Below, in pieces: positions 1 to 10,315 of a stretch of 64,000 nt of DNA. The stretch covers positions 63,240,001 to 63,304,000 of the forward strand of contig OZ320314.1 of assembly GCA_976226885.1 (NCBI GenBank), given 5' to 3'. The position numbers were made by a program, and so were the translations under genes. This DNA comes from Iphione sp. A-MEVVRFRX5 (taxonomy: Eukaryota). How positions within the stretch are numbered: position 1 is the stretch's first letter; each line of letters opens with the position of its first letter. The notes below the pieces were generated by a model. That model worked only from the letters and a program-made list of their open reading frames with translations. It was not told the DNA's origin and searched no databases.

Positions 1-276
1 CCCTTGAATGATATTCTATTACTTTTTGTGATCGGCCATTTAACTTGATGAATATAGGACACCATGCGTTATGAACAAACCATATATGGGTATATCATCA
101 GTTCTCAAATAAGTAACTTACTATATAATCGTCCATGTAATTACACTATATATATAAAACGGTGCCCAAAAGTAGTCCAGTAGTGGGGAAAACTCATCCA
201 GAGGTGAGAATTTACGAGATTTAGTATCAATACGCCTCTGTGTCCAGTCAAGCGGAACTGAAGGTTGTAAAATGGT

Positions 277-436
277 TGTAATATTCCCTTGCTGGGTAAT
301 AATAAGACAGATTTAACTTGGGTTTTCTACTCCTTTACTTCACTGCACATGTGGTGTTACTCCATGGCTCCTGGGTGGTGGTGTCTCACTCAATGTTCAC
401 CCCTAACATGTTACCCGGTGGTACTGGTACACTACA
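277..436 (-). repeat. 3' LTR of the gag-PR Gypsy element
   Basis: Matches 8531-8690; preceded on the minus strand by a polypurine tract. Confidence 0.93.
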
Positions 437-460
437 TCCCTTCCTTTTTTCCTCTCTTGT
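437..460 (-). promoter_or_regulatory. Polypurine tract (PPT)
   Basis: Minus strand ...GAGAGGAAAAAAGGAAGGGA directly abuts TGTAGTGTAC, the LTR start. Confidence 0.85.
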
Positions 461-488
461 CACTTGTACACTACATCCCTTCCTTTCT

Positions 489-1460
489 TCAGAAACAAAA
501 CTTCCTATCATCCCTGACTTCAGATCTCCATCTTTTTGTCTTCACTTTCTCATCCTCCTTCTTCCTTGTTCTCTCCTCCCTTGTCACTGTTCTGTCCTCT
601 GTCTTAACAGTTGCATCCTCCAACTTCTCTTTTATATTTTTCTTCCCCTTTCTCTTCCCCTTCCTTTTTGCATCTTCCTTCTCAGTTGTGCCAGAATGTT
701 CTTGTCTGATGACAGCTTCCTCACCTTTCTCACATTGGCAACATGGTAGCCTCCTCACTTGTTTGGCTCCCAGCCTAGTTGCCTCATTCACATGAGATTT
801 CCTCTGAACCTCTTTCCGGTTCCCAATGTGAGTGGATACATTGGAGTCCTTCTGTTGAATCTCCATGTCGTTCCCATCTGCATTAATGGAATGCACTCTT
901 GGTGACTCGGGTGGTCCTACACATAGTACATTCAACCTTTCTGCAGTCTGCTTACCGAGAAGAGTCTTTCCAGTCCCGTTGATGACAGTAAATTCATCTC
1001 GACAATGTTCTTTGCTTGCTGGACACACTATCTCAGCCTCAAATATTCCCAAGACCTCTATGGGCTTGGCTTGCCCATATGTAAATAACTTCTTGTTGGA
1101 CAGTCGGGACACACACTTCACTTTGTTGTATTTCATCATGTTCCAGGTTGCCTTGTCCATGATGTTACAGGATGCACCTGAGTCAATCACCACAGATCTC
1201 AGGTCAACTCCTCCAACCTCCAGGTCAACCATACCATCCATCTTCTCTGCACCTACTGCAAAGATGTAGTCTCCATAACCTCCAACCTGTCCACTGTTTG
1301 ATGCACCATGGTTCACTTGATACGTTTTTCCTTCTTCTTGATGTTTCTCCCTTTGTCGCTTCTGTCGAGTGTCTTGGCCCTTGGTGCGACAGCATATAGC
1401 AAAATGTCCCATTCTCCCACATTTGCTGCATTCTTTACCTCGGGCAGGGCATTCCTGATC
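489..1460 (-). CDS. gag: C-terminal part of the gag-protease polyprotein (second CCHC knuckle, aspartic protease, K/E/R-rich tail)
   Basis: CSKCGRMGHFAIC knuckle; VIDSGASCNIM protease motif; LLGKQTAERLNVL; joins in frame to 5824-6633 once the Ngaro insert is removed (593 aa total). Confidence 0.88.
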   Translation of the reverse strand, partial: DQECPARGKECSKCGRMGHFAICCRTKGQDTRQKRQREKHQEEGKTYQVNHGASNSGQVGGYGDYIFAVGAEKMDGMVDLEVGGVDLRSVVIDSGASCNIMDKATWNMMKYNKVKCVSRLSNKKLFTYGQAKPIEVLGIFEAEIVCPASKEHCRDEFTVINGTGKTLLGKQTAERLNVLCVGPPESPRVHSINADGNDMEIQQKDSNVSTHIGNRKEVQRKSHVNEATRLGAKQVRRLPCCQCEKGEEAVIRQEHSGTTEKEDAKRKGKRKGKKNIKEKLEDATVKTEDRTVTREERTRKKEDEKVKTKRWRSEVRDDRKFCF

Positions 1461-1604
1461 TATCACACACACAACGACTTGTAATTGTGGCATCTTGGAG
1501 AGTTTATTTCTTATCGTTCTCCTCAGTGGTCGTTTCTAGACCAAGTTTACATCAACAGTCTCTTAATATACAATGTTATTTACTCAACCAATATACAAAC
1601 AAGC
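1461..1604 (-). repeat. Ngaro split direct repeat B2
   Basis: 144-bp copy of 1823-1966. Confidence 0.9.
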
Positions 1605-1706
1605 GAGTAGACACATACACAAATACACACAAATATTATTGAAATAAACAAATATTGAAAGTACGCATTCAGGATGTACACTAAACAGTTGCTGGGAGGG
1701 TGGAGG

Positions 1707-1966
1707 CTTTTCGAGCTCAGTGCAAACGACCAACTGACGCCTCGTAGGGCGGGAACGCCCTTATTTAAGAATGCACTGAGTCGCCCCTGGTGTAATAAGA
1801 TCGTACCCTACAGTACGACACCTATCACACACACAACGACTTGTAATTGTGGCATCTTGGAGAGTTTATTTCTTATCGTTCTCCTCAGTGGTCGTTTCTA
1901 GACCAAGTTTACATCAACAGTCTCTTAATATACAATGTTATTTACTCAACCAATATACAAACAAGC
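1707..1966 (-). repeat. Ngaro B1-A2 junction (B1 1823-1966, A2 1707-1822)
   Basis: Minus strand reads ...GTGTGATA|GGTGTCGTAC..., i.e. element end joined to element start. Confidence 0.9.
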
Positions 1967-1976
1967 CAAGCCAGGT

Positions 1977-2876
1977 TTACTCAGCAGTCGTGGACTGGGC
2001 TGCTTGCCTGAGAAGCGCAGCAGCCTTAAAAGAGTCTAACTCCCTTTGTGTATATACTAAAACAGAAGGGGCTGAGGCCCAGGTACCCTGGGCCATGATT
2101 TGCTGAACCGAGGCGCCTTCCTTCTGAAGGGCCACAGCCCCACCCCTTCGGAAGCTATGTAGGGAAAAATTTTGGCTATTATAACCCAAGTATCCGTTCA
2201 TACTTGCCAGAATATCAGCCAGCTGTTTTGTCGTTAAAGGCATTAGAGTGACAGGATCTATAAACAAGGGTTGTTCTTTGGATAGGACTGGGATTACTTC
2301 AAACATCTTAGAGAGGGCTCTGTGAGGGCATGTACTTGTGCCAGTAGCTGGTAAGTAAATATTTCTGGTATTGTTTTTATCCAGCGTTTTTGACCATTTT
2401 ATGTGAACATTAACTCCATCTGGCTTCATCTCAATATCCCTTAAGACAAATTGCCTCTTGCTATCAAACATGTGGGCCTTTCTGGGGGCTAGGTTTGACT
2501 GCCTCACGAGTGAGTAAAATAAAAAGGTGTAGGCGGCCGTGAGGACCTTACCGAGAGAACCCAACCCCTTAAGGTATATTACTATCTTCTCCAAGTGAGC
2601 TATGTCTATAGGGACTTTTCTGCTTACAACATGTGAGGATGTTTTATGGATAGCTTTTAGGGCCGTTTTAACATAAACATTGTCAATTACATTTTCTTCC
2701 AGCCCAAGCCTTTTTAAAGCTACTTTTATGCTAGAAGCGTATTGTGATATGACGCCTGGAGAAATACCAATTTGGACTAAATACTCCAAAAATACCAGAA
2801 TAAAGTTGGACTCGATTTTATAGATGTCTATCTTATAGTATAGGCAAAATGACACAAATGTTGAGATCTGAGCCAT
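1977..2876 (-). CDS. Tyrosine recombinase of the Ngaro element (299 aa)
   Basis: Catalytic motifs LVRQSNL (R), KWSKT (K), HSFRRGG (HxxR), QGTW, LVY (Y). Confidence 0.92.
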   Translation of the reverse strand: MAQISTFVSFCLYYKIDIYKIESNFILVFLEYLVQIGISPGVISQYASSIKVALKRLGLEENVIDNVYVKTALKAIHKTSSHVVSRKVPIDIAHLEKIVIYLKGLGSLGKVLTAAYTFLFYSLVRQSNLAPRKAHMFDSKRQFVLRDIEMKPDGVNVHIKWSKTLDKNNTRNIYLPATGTSTCPHRALSKMFEVIPVLSKEQPLFIDPVTLMPLTTKQLADILASMNGYLGYNSQNFSLHSFRRGGAVALQKEGASVQQIMAQGTWASAPSVLVYTQRELDSFKAAALLRQAAQSTTAE

Positions 2877-2967
2877 CCGTCGCTTGAGACTCTCTGTAGT
2901 GATGTCCTCCCTCTGCCTCTGTGCTGCGCGCTCGGCCAGCCCTCGAAGCCTGGGGTCTGTAATAGAC

Positions 2968-4818
2968 TCAAGAATTTACAACTCTCATCACGAGGTCCTC
3001 TGATGGGAACAATCTTACTATACCTGGGTTGCTTTTAAGGAAAGTTTTAACAATGGCATAGTGTCTTTTGGACTTATACATTCTTGATAAGGCATCAGGG
3101 ACTACTAACTGGGCACCAGGTATGTGTGTGAATTTCAAATTCATCTGGTAGCGCATAGCTGTCGTCCACACGAACCTTACAGGGGCTGCTAACTGAGGGT
3201 CCCTAGGGGCAAATGAAGACATGGTCAGTACAGTCGCCATATTATCAGAGCACACTTCAACTGTTTTGCCACTAAGTGACTCTGACATGATACCTATTGC
3301 AATGGCTAGATTGATTGCTTCCAGCTTGGAGATGGTGACCTGTTTAAGAAATTTGTTGGGAACAGCATAGTAATGCTTAGAAGAAACTGCCCCAAAACCT
3401 TCCAGGCATGCATCTACCATTATTTTCTCTTCGATTATTGCCCGTGGGAACATCTGTATTCCGTTATACAATGGCATAGACTGGGAGAACCACCTCATAT
3501 CCTCCTTAACTCTTGGAGTTAATTTTACACGCTCATCACCAGAGGCTATCGCTTCTCTATAGCATGTCAGCAGTTCACATACAAATAGTCGTGCATGTAT
3601 ACAGCATCTGGAAATAAAGTTAATATAACCTACGAATTGTTGTACCTGTTTTACAGACAATGAATCAGAGTTCTTTATTCTTTCTGCTGCCTCTTGTGCA
3701 TGCTCTATCTTCTGTTTTGTGATATACATGAACTTGTTTTTAACATCAATTTTAACCCCTAGCCAGGTAGCTTCGGACGAAGGAGGTTCACATTTTTTCT
3801 CCGCCACATGGAGTCCAAGGGAATACAGAAGGTTTTTAGTTGACTGGTACGCGGACCATGTAGCTTCAGAGGACTGCCCTACAATAACAAAGTCATCTAA
3901 GTAGGGTAAAATTACTACATCTTGACACTTGCTCAGCACGTACCCTGAAATCTTTTGTGTAAGCATTTGTAGATAGTAAGAGGACATTCTCGTCCCAAAT
4001 GGGAGTGAGAGATCAAAGTAGTAGTTCCCATTTACGTTAAACACGAGCAACGGCCAATCCACAGGATCTATTTTAAAATTTCTATAGGCCCGAGATATGT
4101 CTATGGTGGCGATACAGGCTGATTCCCGGAACTTGGATACCTGCTCAGCTAGATGAATTGGCGTTGGGAGTTTCATCTGATATTGATACTCATACAACGA
4201 ATGTGGGGGAATTCCTTGGTTAACACCTGAAGCGGATAAGTCAATGACGATTCTCCTTTTCGTTGGGTCACTCTTGGGCCTTGTTAGTATGGGACTACAT
4301 GCGCAATGTGAAAATGGTTTTATGTGGAATGGTGGTGATATGGCGATACCTTCTGTCTCCTCCTGTATGTAGGCCTGCAAGTGTTCTGGAAAAGTAACAG
4401 CAGAATGGTAATTCATAATTTCAGTTTCAGGTACAAATGGGTTAACATATCCCAGCTGAAAACCGTACACAATACCGTTACATAGAATTGTCTCAAGCTC
4501 AGAGCCCGAGCCAATCACTTCAAACCAGAGTTCATTGTTAAGGTGGGATTTTAACAGAATTTTGCATTCCATCCAGTTTGGTAAACCAGAACTAACGACC
4601 TTGTTGTACACAGACCGCAAATGTTCACAGTTGTCCTGAATCATTTCAGGCCAGTATTTAACCCTCGGATATATAAGAGAAATGTTCGTAGTAAGTGAAG
4701 TGTTCGGAGGGGTGTCAGGTGTTATGCAATCCCCGTTGGCGTCGGGGTCGAAGTCGACGGTTGGATTAGTGGGTGTTGTTTGCTGATTGTCGTTCACTGG
4801 TCGCTGTGCGTCTTCCAA
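2968..4818 (-). CDS. Reverse transcriptase + RNase H of the Ngaro element
   Basis: RRIVIDLS, IDISRAYRNF, LPFG, YLDDF, RNase H VDACLEGFG...LEAIN...SDN...DALSR; no methyltransferase domain; start codon uncertain (overlaps the end of ORF1). Confidence 0.92.
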   Translation of the reverse strand: MEDAQRPVNDNQQTTPTNPTVDFDPDANGDCITPDTPPNTSLTTNISLIYPRVKYWPEMIQDNCEHLRSVYNKVVSSGLPNWMECKILLKSHLNNELWFEVIGSGSELETILCNGIVYGFQLGYVNPFVPETEIMNYHSAVTFPEHLQAYIQEETEGIAISPPFHIKPFSHCACSPILTRPKSDPTKRRIVIDLSASGVNQGIPPHSLYEYQYQMKLPTPIHLAEQVSKFRESACIATIDISRAYRNFKIDPVDWPLLVFNVNGNYYFDLSLPFGTRMSSYYLQMLTQKISGYVLSKCQDVVILPYLDDFVIVGQSSEATWSAYQSTKNLLYSLGLHVAEKKCEPPSSEATWLGVKIDVKNKFMYITKQKIEHAQEAAERIKNSDSLSVKQVQQFVGYINFISRCCIHARLFVCELLTCYREAIASGDERVKLTPRVKEDMRWFSQSMPLYNGIQMFPRAIIEEKIMVDACLEGFGAVSSKHYYAVPNKFLKQVTISKLEAINLAIAIGIMSESLSGKTVEVCSDNMATVLTMSSFAPRDPQLAAPVRFVWTTAMRYQMNLKFTHIPGAQLVVPDALSRMYKSKRHYAIVKTFLKSNPGIVRLFPSEDLVMRVVNS

Positions 4819-5696
4819 GCGTCTCTGTTGTAGTTTTTTGAATCTTGTCGTGAGTCAGCCCTAGACACCCTTTTCTTATGCCTACATTGATCGATTTTGT
4901 GGTCTAAGCTCTTATTATACATCAACAGACAGAAAGCACAACAGTGAAGGAACTTAACTGAATTTTTTGAATGGTCTGACTTCTCACTACACTTCCCTGA
5001 CTGCCATTCTTGACACACGACAGAGATCTCTTTCTCGTCACGGTCCTTTCTTGTGCTATATAAGTATGCGTTAGTCGCCTTGCTCTTCATCTTGTCAATG
5101 GTCATGACATCAGTCCATGCTATCTCCCCTAAGTGAAGCGCCTCCCATAGCTCGGTGACCCATTGGGATATGGGTGGCCAGTCCATTGCAGCAGTGTCGT
5201 CGACTACTTCCTTCAGATGTTTCAGGATGTGGACCTGGGACTGCTTACTGGTCGACTTGTCTAAAGCCATCGATATCCCCCCTGATACGTACTGGTGGAA
5301 GGTTAATTTACCTAATTCGGCCTTCTCCCCTTTGGGGAGGTGCACGTACGTGGCCGGGGTAATATTAACTGGTTTCTTACCTGCCACCGGTACTATCTGG
5401 GGGTACATGGCTGAGAGGATTGACTGTAGTTGAGGTCCCGCTGCTGCCTTTAGCTGGTCTGGTGAGGGTGTTGTTTCCTCGTCAAGGTCCTCGGAATCCT
5501 CGTCTTCCTCGTCCTGGTTGTCATCGTTGCCCTGGGCATCATTTAGTGCTGATTTGCTCCTTGTTTGAATTGTGGAAGTTGTCTTCTTCTTTTTCTTCCC
5601 TTTCTGGTTAGGGTCTGTTCCCTGCTCTAATGTCTGCAGGCGTTTGACTATATCTTCAAGGAGCCTCGTATGGTCTGCTATCTGTGACTCTGCCAT
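4794..5696 (-). CDS. Ngaro ORF1 (gag-like) with C-terminal Cys/His finger, 300 aa from ATG 5696
   Basis: MAESQIADH start just inside A1; CQEWQSGKC...HCCAFC...HKIDQC Cys/His cluster typical of Ngaro ORF1; the longer track ORF (to 5978) crosses the element boundary. Confidence 0.8.
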   Translation of the reverse strand: MAESQIADHTRLLEDIVKRLQTLEQGTDPNQKGKKKKKTTSTIQTRSKSALNDAQGNDDNQDEEDEDSEDLDEETTPSPDQLKAAAGPQLQSILSAMYPQIVPVAGKKPVNITPATYVHLPKGEKAELGKLTFHQYVSGGISMALDKSTSKQSQVHILKHLKEVVDDTAAMDWPPISQWVTELWEALHLGEIAWTDVMTIDKMKSKATNAYLYSTRKDRDEKEISVVCQEWQSGKCSEKSDHSKNSVKFLHCCAFCLLMYNKSLDHKIDQCRHKKRVSRADSRQDSKNYNRDAWKTHSDQ

Positions 5697-5706
5697 TTTT
5701 AGGCGT

Positions 5707-5823
5707 CTTTTCGAGCTCAGTGCAAACGACCAACTGACGCCTCGTAGGGCGGGAACGCCCTTATTTAAGAATGCACTGAGTCGCCCCCTGGTGTAATAAG
5801 ATCGTACCCTACAGTACGACACC
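5707..5823 (-). repeat. Ngaro split direct repeat A1
   Basis: Copy of 1707-1822; contains a TATA-like TTAAATA about 70 nt upstream of the ORF1 ATG. Confidence 0.88.
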
Positions 5824-6633
5824 CTTTGCCAAGTGATCCTTCTTGTTGCAGCGGAAACATCTCTTTCCACTGCCATGTCCACTGTTTCTTTCTCTAGTTG
5901 CACCTCTGGCTCCCTCTCTGGCTCCCTCTTGTGCCTCCTTGTTTCCCCTGGGGAAGTTACCCTTTCTGCATACTGCATTCACTTCGGTTGATGCTTCAGT
6001 CCCAGTCATCGACTTCATTTGTGCCTCGACCACTTCGTAGGCACGTGCGATATCCGCCAAGTCCTTTAGTGTGGCATTCCCCGTCTTCTCCAAGAACTTG
6101 CGTCTCAGTCGCTGTTCCCGACACTTGTCGATCAGCTGATCACAGATGGCCTCGTCAACATCCGCGAACTCACACGAAACAGCCTTGTGACGTAGCCAAC
6201 ACACAAACTGGTCGACTGTCTCCCCAGCTCCCTGCTCCAGCTGACGGAACAGGTGCCTCTCAAATGGAATGTTCACAGTCGGCACGAAGTGTGCGTCGAG
6301 CCGATCAATACACTTCTTGAGGGACATGCCTGTCTCCTCAGGTACAAGAGTGTAAAATACCTCCTGTAGCTCCATACCTCCAGTGTGTAATAGGAGAGCA
6401 ACCTTCTGCTCCTCCACAGTCACACCACGTGACATCACATACAGGTTGAAAGCTCGCTTCCAATGCTTCCACCTTGCACACAGAGTAGTAGGCTCTCCCT
6501 TGGGGTCGAAGGAAGGAAGACTACTCACCTCCAGTGTCTTTAGGCCATTGACAGTACCCGTACTGGCACCACTGCTGGAATTACTGCCACTTGCACGCTC
6601 AGCCATACTGCGTGTCTCCGTCGGTGCCATCAT
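5824..6633 (-). CDS. gag: N-terminal part of Gypsy gag (capsid region and first CCHC knuckle), interrupted by Ngaro
   Basis: Mag-like gag motifs (WKHWKRAF, LLLHTGG, FERHLFRQLEQ, DQLIDKC, LRRKFLE), CFRCNKKDHLAK|DQEC. Confidence 0.88.
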
Positions 6634-8515
6634 GGATCAAGACTAACACAGTATCTAGCTATGATAATTGAATAATGTACCACCACAGTATTTAAACAAA
6701 ACCAGGTACCACCAAACTGAAACTTGTAGGCTACCTATACATAAAATACACCAACCACCTGAAAAACTAAAATATTGTCAACCACAGGATCAATACAAAG
6801 TTCAGGCAAACATACAGGTACATGTACACATTAAAGTAAATATTCCTGAAATGAAATGACAAAGTTAATGTCCAAACAGGTTCAAGACCTCAGAATCAAA
6901 TCAAATGTCTCTATAAAGTTCAGGTTCTAAACCTTCTCAGAATTTAATCAAATGTCACTTCAAAGTTCATCCCAGTACTAATGGTACAATCAGACTCTCA
7001 GTCTTTGTAGATTTCAGTAATTAAACTCCATTTGTCACACATTAAAGTTCAGTATTTGAACTTTCCTGATCAAACAGCACACACCAACGTCCTCAGTTCT
7101 CTTTGGGGTGTTCTCACACACCTCTGTAGACAGTCCTTGCTGACTTTTGACAACTTGTTATACATTGCCATGCCTCCTCTGGGCTCTGGCGCTTGTAGAC
7201 AGTCTTTTATCACAAAAATCGACCATATAACACGGTTATTAAATCTTCCCACACTTGTAGATGAACTTTGGCCGCTTAAAACACAAAAATCGCCACTATG
7301 ACGTTTTCCACACTCTGCAAACAGCCTGCTTCTTCAGTATTTAAACTTCGCCGCTTCTCCCGGTCAGTCTCTTCAGGTTTCCACACCTCCTAGACAGGTT
7401 CACCGACTTTGGACAGCTTTTACGCAGAACGGCGACTTTTGACGACTTTTCCTCTTCCTCTGGATCATCGGCAACACTTACAAGCAGTTCCCACGCTTGT
7501 AGGTAGACTTGGCTCCTTCTACTTCAGTATTTAGACTTTTGCATTTGTCATAGAGTTCGTTTCAGTACTCCCCATACTCATTTTATGCACAACGGCGATT
7601 GTGACGCCCTTGAGGGTAGGTAGACTTGGCTCCTTCTACTTCAGTATTTAAACTTCGTTTTTTGCACTCAGTTAATCAGTTCCAACGTTCAAGACAGGTT
7701 TGCCGACTTTGACAGTTCTGCTGCTTCTCTCAGCCAGTTATCAGGAGTTACCACACCTCTACACCGGCCGGCGACCATTTGACAGCTTTTGCGCGGTTGA
7801 CCACGCCTCCTGGGCCACTCCAGTCACTTCCCTGCTGTACCCACGTGATATTTTCGCGCCAAATCAGCGGTCAGATGCTACCAGTGACCTAGCTAGACTG
7901 CCACGGCATCCTCAGTGACTCAGTAGCGCTACCCACGCTCTGCACAGCTGTCTCCTGGGTCTCCCCAGGGATTTGAGCCTCTCTAGATGTTGTACTGGCC
8001 GGCCTAGCATGGTCTAGACCTAGCGTTCTAACGTTGTTACATTCAAATAAACGTTCCTGATGATACACTCACAGTATCCCACTTGGGGTCAATATAAATG
8101 GGCTCAGAACCTCCTCTCTGTGTCTATCCACACTTTTGTCTTGATATCTGTTCTCCTCCCCAAGGAAATACAGCATTCAAGCTAAGCAGAGTCAGTATTC
8201 AACATGGCGGCCAACTCGGCCGTTACAGTGGACATCAACATGATCAAACACTCCTGGCTTTACCATCACAATGTCACACAAATAGTCACTCACATATGTA
8301 TGATAGTCCCTCTTCTGTGTCTCTCCACAATCTTGTTGAGGTGTCCTCTCTCCTTTCCAATGAAATCCAGCATTTAAGCTCAGTGGGGTTGTACTCCCTC
8401 ACTCCTCCTTTGTTTATGAGTACCTCCTCACATGGCAGTCCACAAAACTTGATTTCCTTGGTAAATCCCTGTTTAGGACTCACTCCAAACTTGCTCCTTG
8501 GTTTCTCCTGATGTT

Positions 8516-8529
8516 CATCCTCGTCGCCA
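8516..8529 (-). promoter_or_regulatory. Primer-binding site complementary to the tRNA-Ser(GCU) 3' end
   Basis: Minus strand TGGCGACGAGGATG; plus strand CATCCTCGTCGCCA equals the recalled 3' end of metazoan tRNA-Ser-GCT plus CCA. Confidence 0.8.
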
Positions 8530-8530
8530 T

Positions 8531-8690
8531 TGTAATATTCCCTTGCTGGGTAATAATAAGACAGATTTAACTTGGGTTTTCTACTCCTTTACTTCACTGC
8601 ACATGTGGTGTTACTCCATGGCTCCTGGGTGGTGGTGTCTCACTCAATGTTCACCCCTAACATGTTACCCGGTGGTACTGGTACACTACA
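8531..8690 (-). repeat. 5' LTR of the gag-PR Gypsy element
   Basis: Matches 277-436; followed by the PBS on the minus strand. Confidence 0.93.
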
Positions 8691-10315
8691 ATGGTGACAG
8701 GATGACAAGGTCACCAACTGACTGGGCCGCCAACACACTCGGCCGCCAATAAAGTGAATTAGTCTCATAGAAATGATTGTCTTCCCTATGCCTCAACAAA
8801 GCAAACCCCCGCCGCCACCGCCAAAGGCGCTTGTTCAACAAAAATAGTCTCTGGGACTAAAATTAAATGCACAATGAAAGTGATAAATTTTACAGCAGAA
8901 ACATTTGCAACTTAAATATGCATCAGGATGTAACAATGTGGAGGTCCATTTGGTCATTTTTTTCCTTTAATCTCAAACAAGAATATTTTCCATAGATAAG
9001 GAAAAAACTGTTTGTTACAGGTTCTATGACATATATTTAACAAAACAAGACACTTAACCCTTTTGAGTCTTTATATAATTTTTTTATCTGAAGAGTTTTC
9101 CGTCTTATCCCAATATATCCTCTACCGGAGCCATGCATATATGGATGCAGGCCAGGAATTGGACAAACAGTGGTTTTTCCACCTGAAGATGCAGGACTTC
9201 GATGCCTGATTGTTTATTTCAACCATCAGCAGTTCTCAGCTTGGCCATTTGAAGTCATTATATCTAATATAGTTACTAGGTTTACATGAGTATACCTTTA
9301 CTCAACCAGTTACAGGAGGATACAGGAATTTTACAAAGCTGCCATCAGCTCTATGTGCAGCCTTCCTTAATCTGGACATGTTTTAATCAGGACGTCTCAT
9401 ATTATCGACAGTCAATAGACAAAACCAAATCAGTAAATCCATGTTGAAATATCCCTACTATTCTAGACATCACTCTGTATGGAAAATAAAATAGTGTCAC
9501 GAGTGTAAAGTTATTTACTGAAAATCATGGTAGCCTCTGATTATTAACTGCACCGATTAAATTGTACATTAGCCACATGTAATGAATGAGTGTAGCATTC
9601 TTCAGGGATTCCTAATTAATTAAATGACAACACCAGTTTCATACCTGAATTGGTTTAACCCTAAAAGAATGCTTCTTTTCCTTACATAGGCGACTATGAA
9701 AAATCATAAGATCATGGCTTTCACAGCACCCTCTGTGCTTGATTACCACCGAATCCACTCGGGTTTTACTAAATCTTGAGTATCTCAACAAAAGCAGCTC
9801 GTAATATCATAAGATTAATAGTGTTAATAGCCTAATAACCGTTTTGTTGAGAATACCCTAACGACACCCACCCCTACCTCAGTAAGAATACAAATTATAC
9901 ATGCAAATTTAACGACTGCCTGAAGAAGGACCCTATATTCCAAAACATCAGAAGTTTAAAAAAGCCTACTCATCACACTCAGTTATTGGGTGTGATGCCT
10001 CTACCAACCCATTATTTCTTAATTAATGTCTTTCAGTTGTTAAGTTTGCCGAAGAATTCAAGAACAAAGTTTATTGATAGTATGTATGTTTGTAAAAAGC
10101 ATTACATAATGTAATTCTGAGATCTTTAAACACTTGTTGGCATCCCATTTTTTTTTTTTTTTTAAATTTTTATTTTCACTGGGATTTTTATACAGTATGT
10201 ATAATTATATCCAGTCTTTCACAAACTACTTAGCTTCTAGGTGATTGAATATGATTATGAGATGTAAATGCATTTGATTATGAGAAGGAGAATGTGTGGC
10301 GCCCAGGTCTATACA

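Larger units (their letters stand above)
1461..5823 (-). mobile_element. Ngaro-type (DIRS order) tyrosine-recombinase retrotransposon with split direct repeats A1-ORFs-B1-A2-B2
   Basis: A1 5707-5823 matches A2 1707-1822 (1-nt indel); B1 1823-1966 matches B2 1461-1604; three open ORFs (gag-like, RT-RH, YR); no TSD. Confidence 0.93.
277..8690 (-). mobile_element. Ty3/Gypsy (Mag-like) LTR retroelement, non-autonomous (gag + protease only), interrupted by an Ngaro element
   Basis: 160-bp direct repeats at 277-436 and 8531-8690 read as identical, with TGT...ACA ends; 5-bp TSD ATGGT (272-276, 8691-8695); PBS and PPT adjoin the LTRs in minus orientation; no RT, RNase H or integrase between protease and PPT. 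Confidence 0.92.

Noticed and set aside
289-795. Hydrophobic plus-strand ORFs (289-795, 318-749) as membrane proteins
   Set aside because: They are the antisense shadow of the purine-rich K/E tail and the LTR; the same start is repeated at 8498-8752.
1977-2876. Phage or bacterial integrase / contamination
   Set aside because: The YR ORF is the third ORF of an Ngaro retrotransposon, bounded by split direct repeats and linked to RT-RNase H.
4794-5978. 394-aa track ORF as one protein
   Set aside because: Its first 94 codons cross the Ngaro/gag junction; the real ORF1 most likely starts at ATG 5696.
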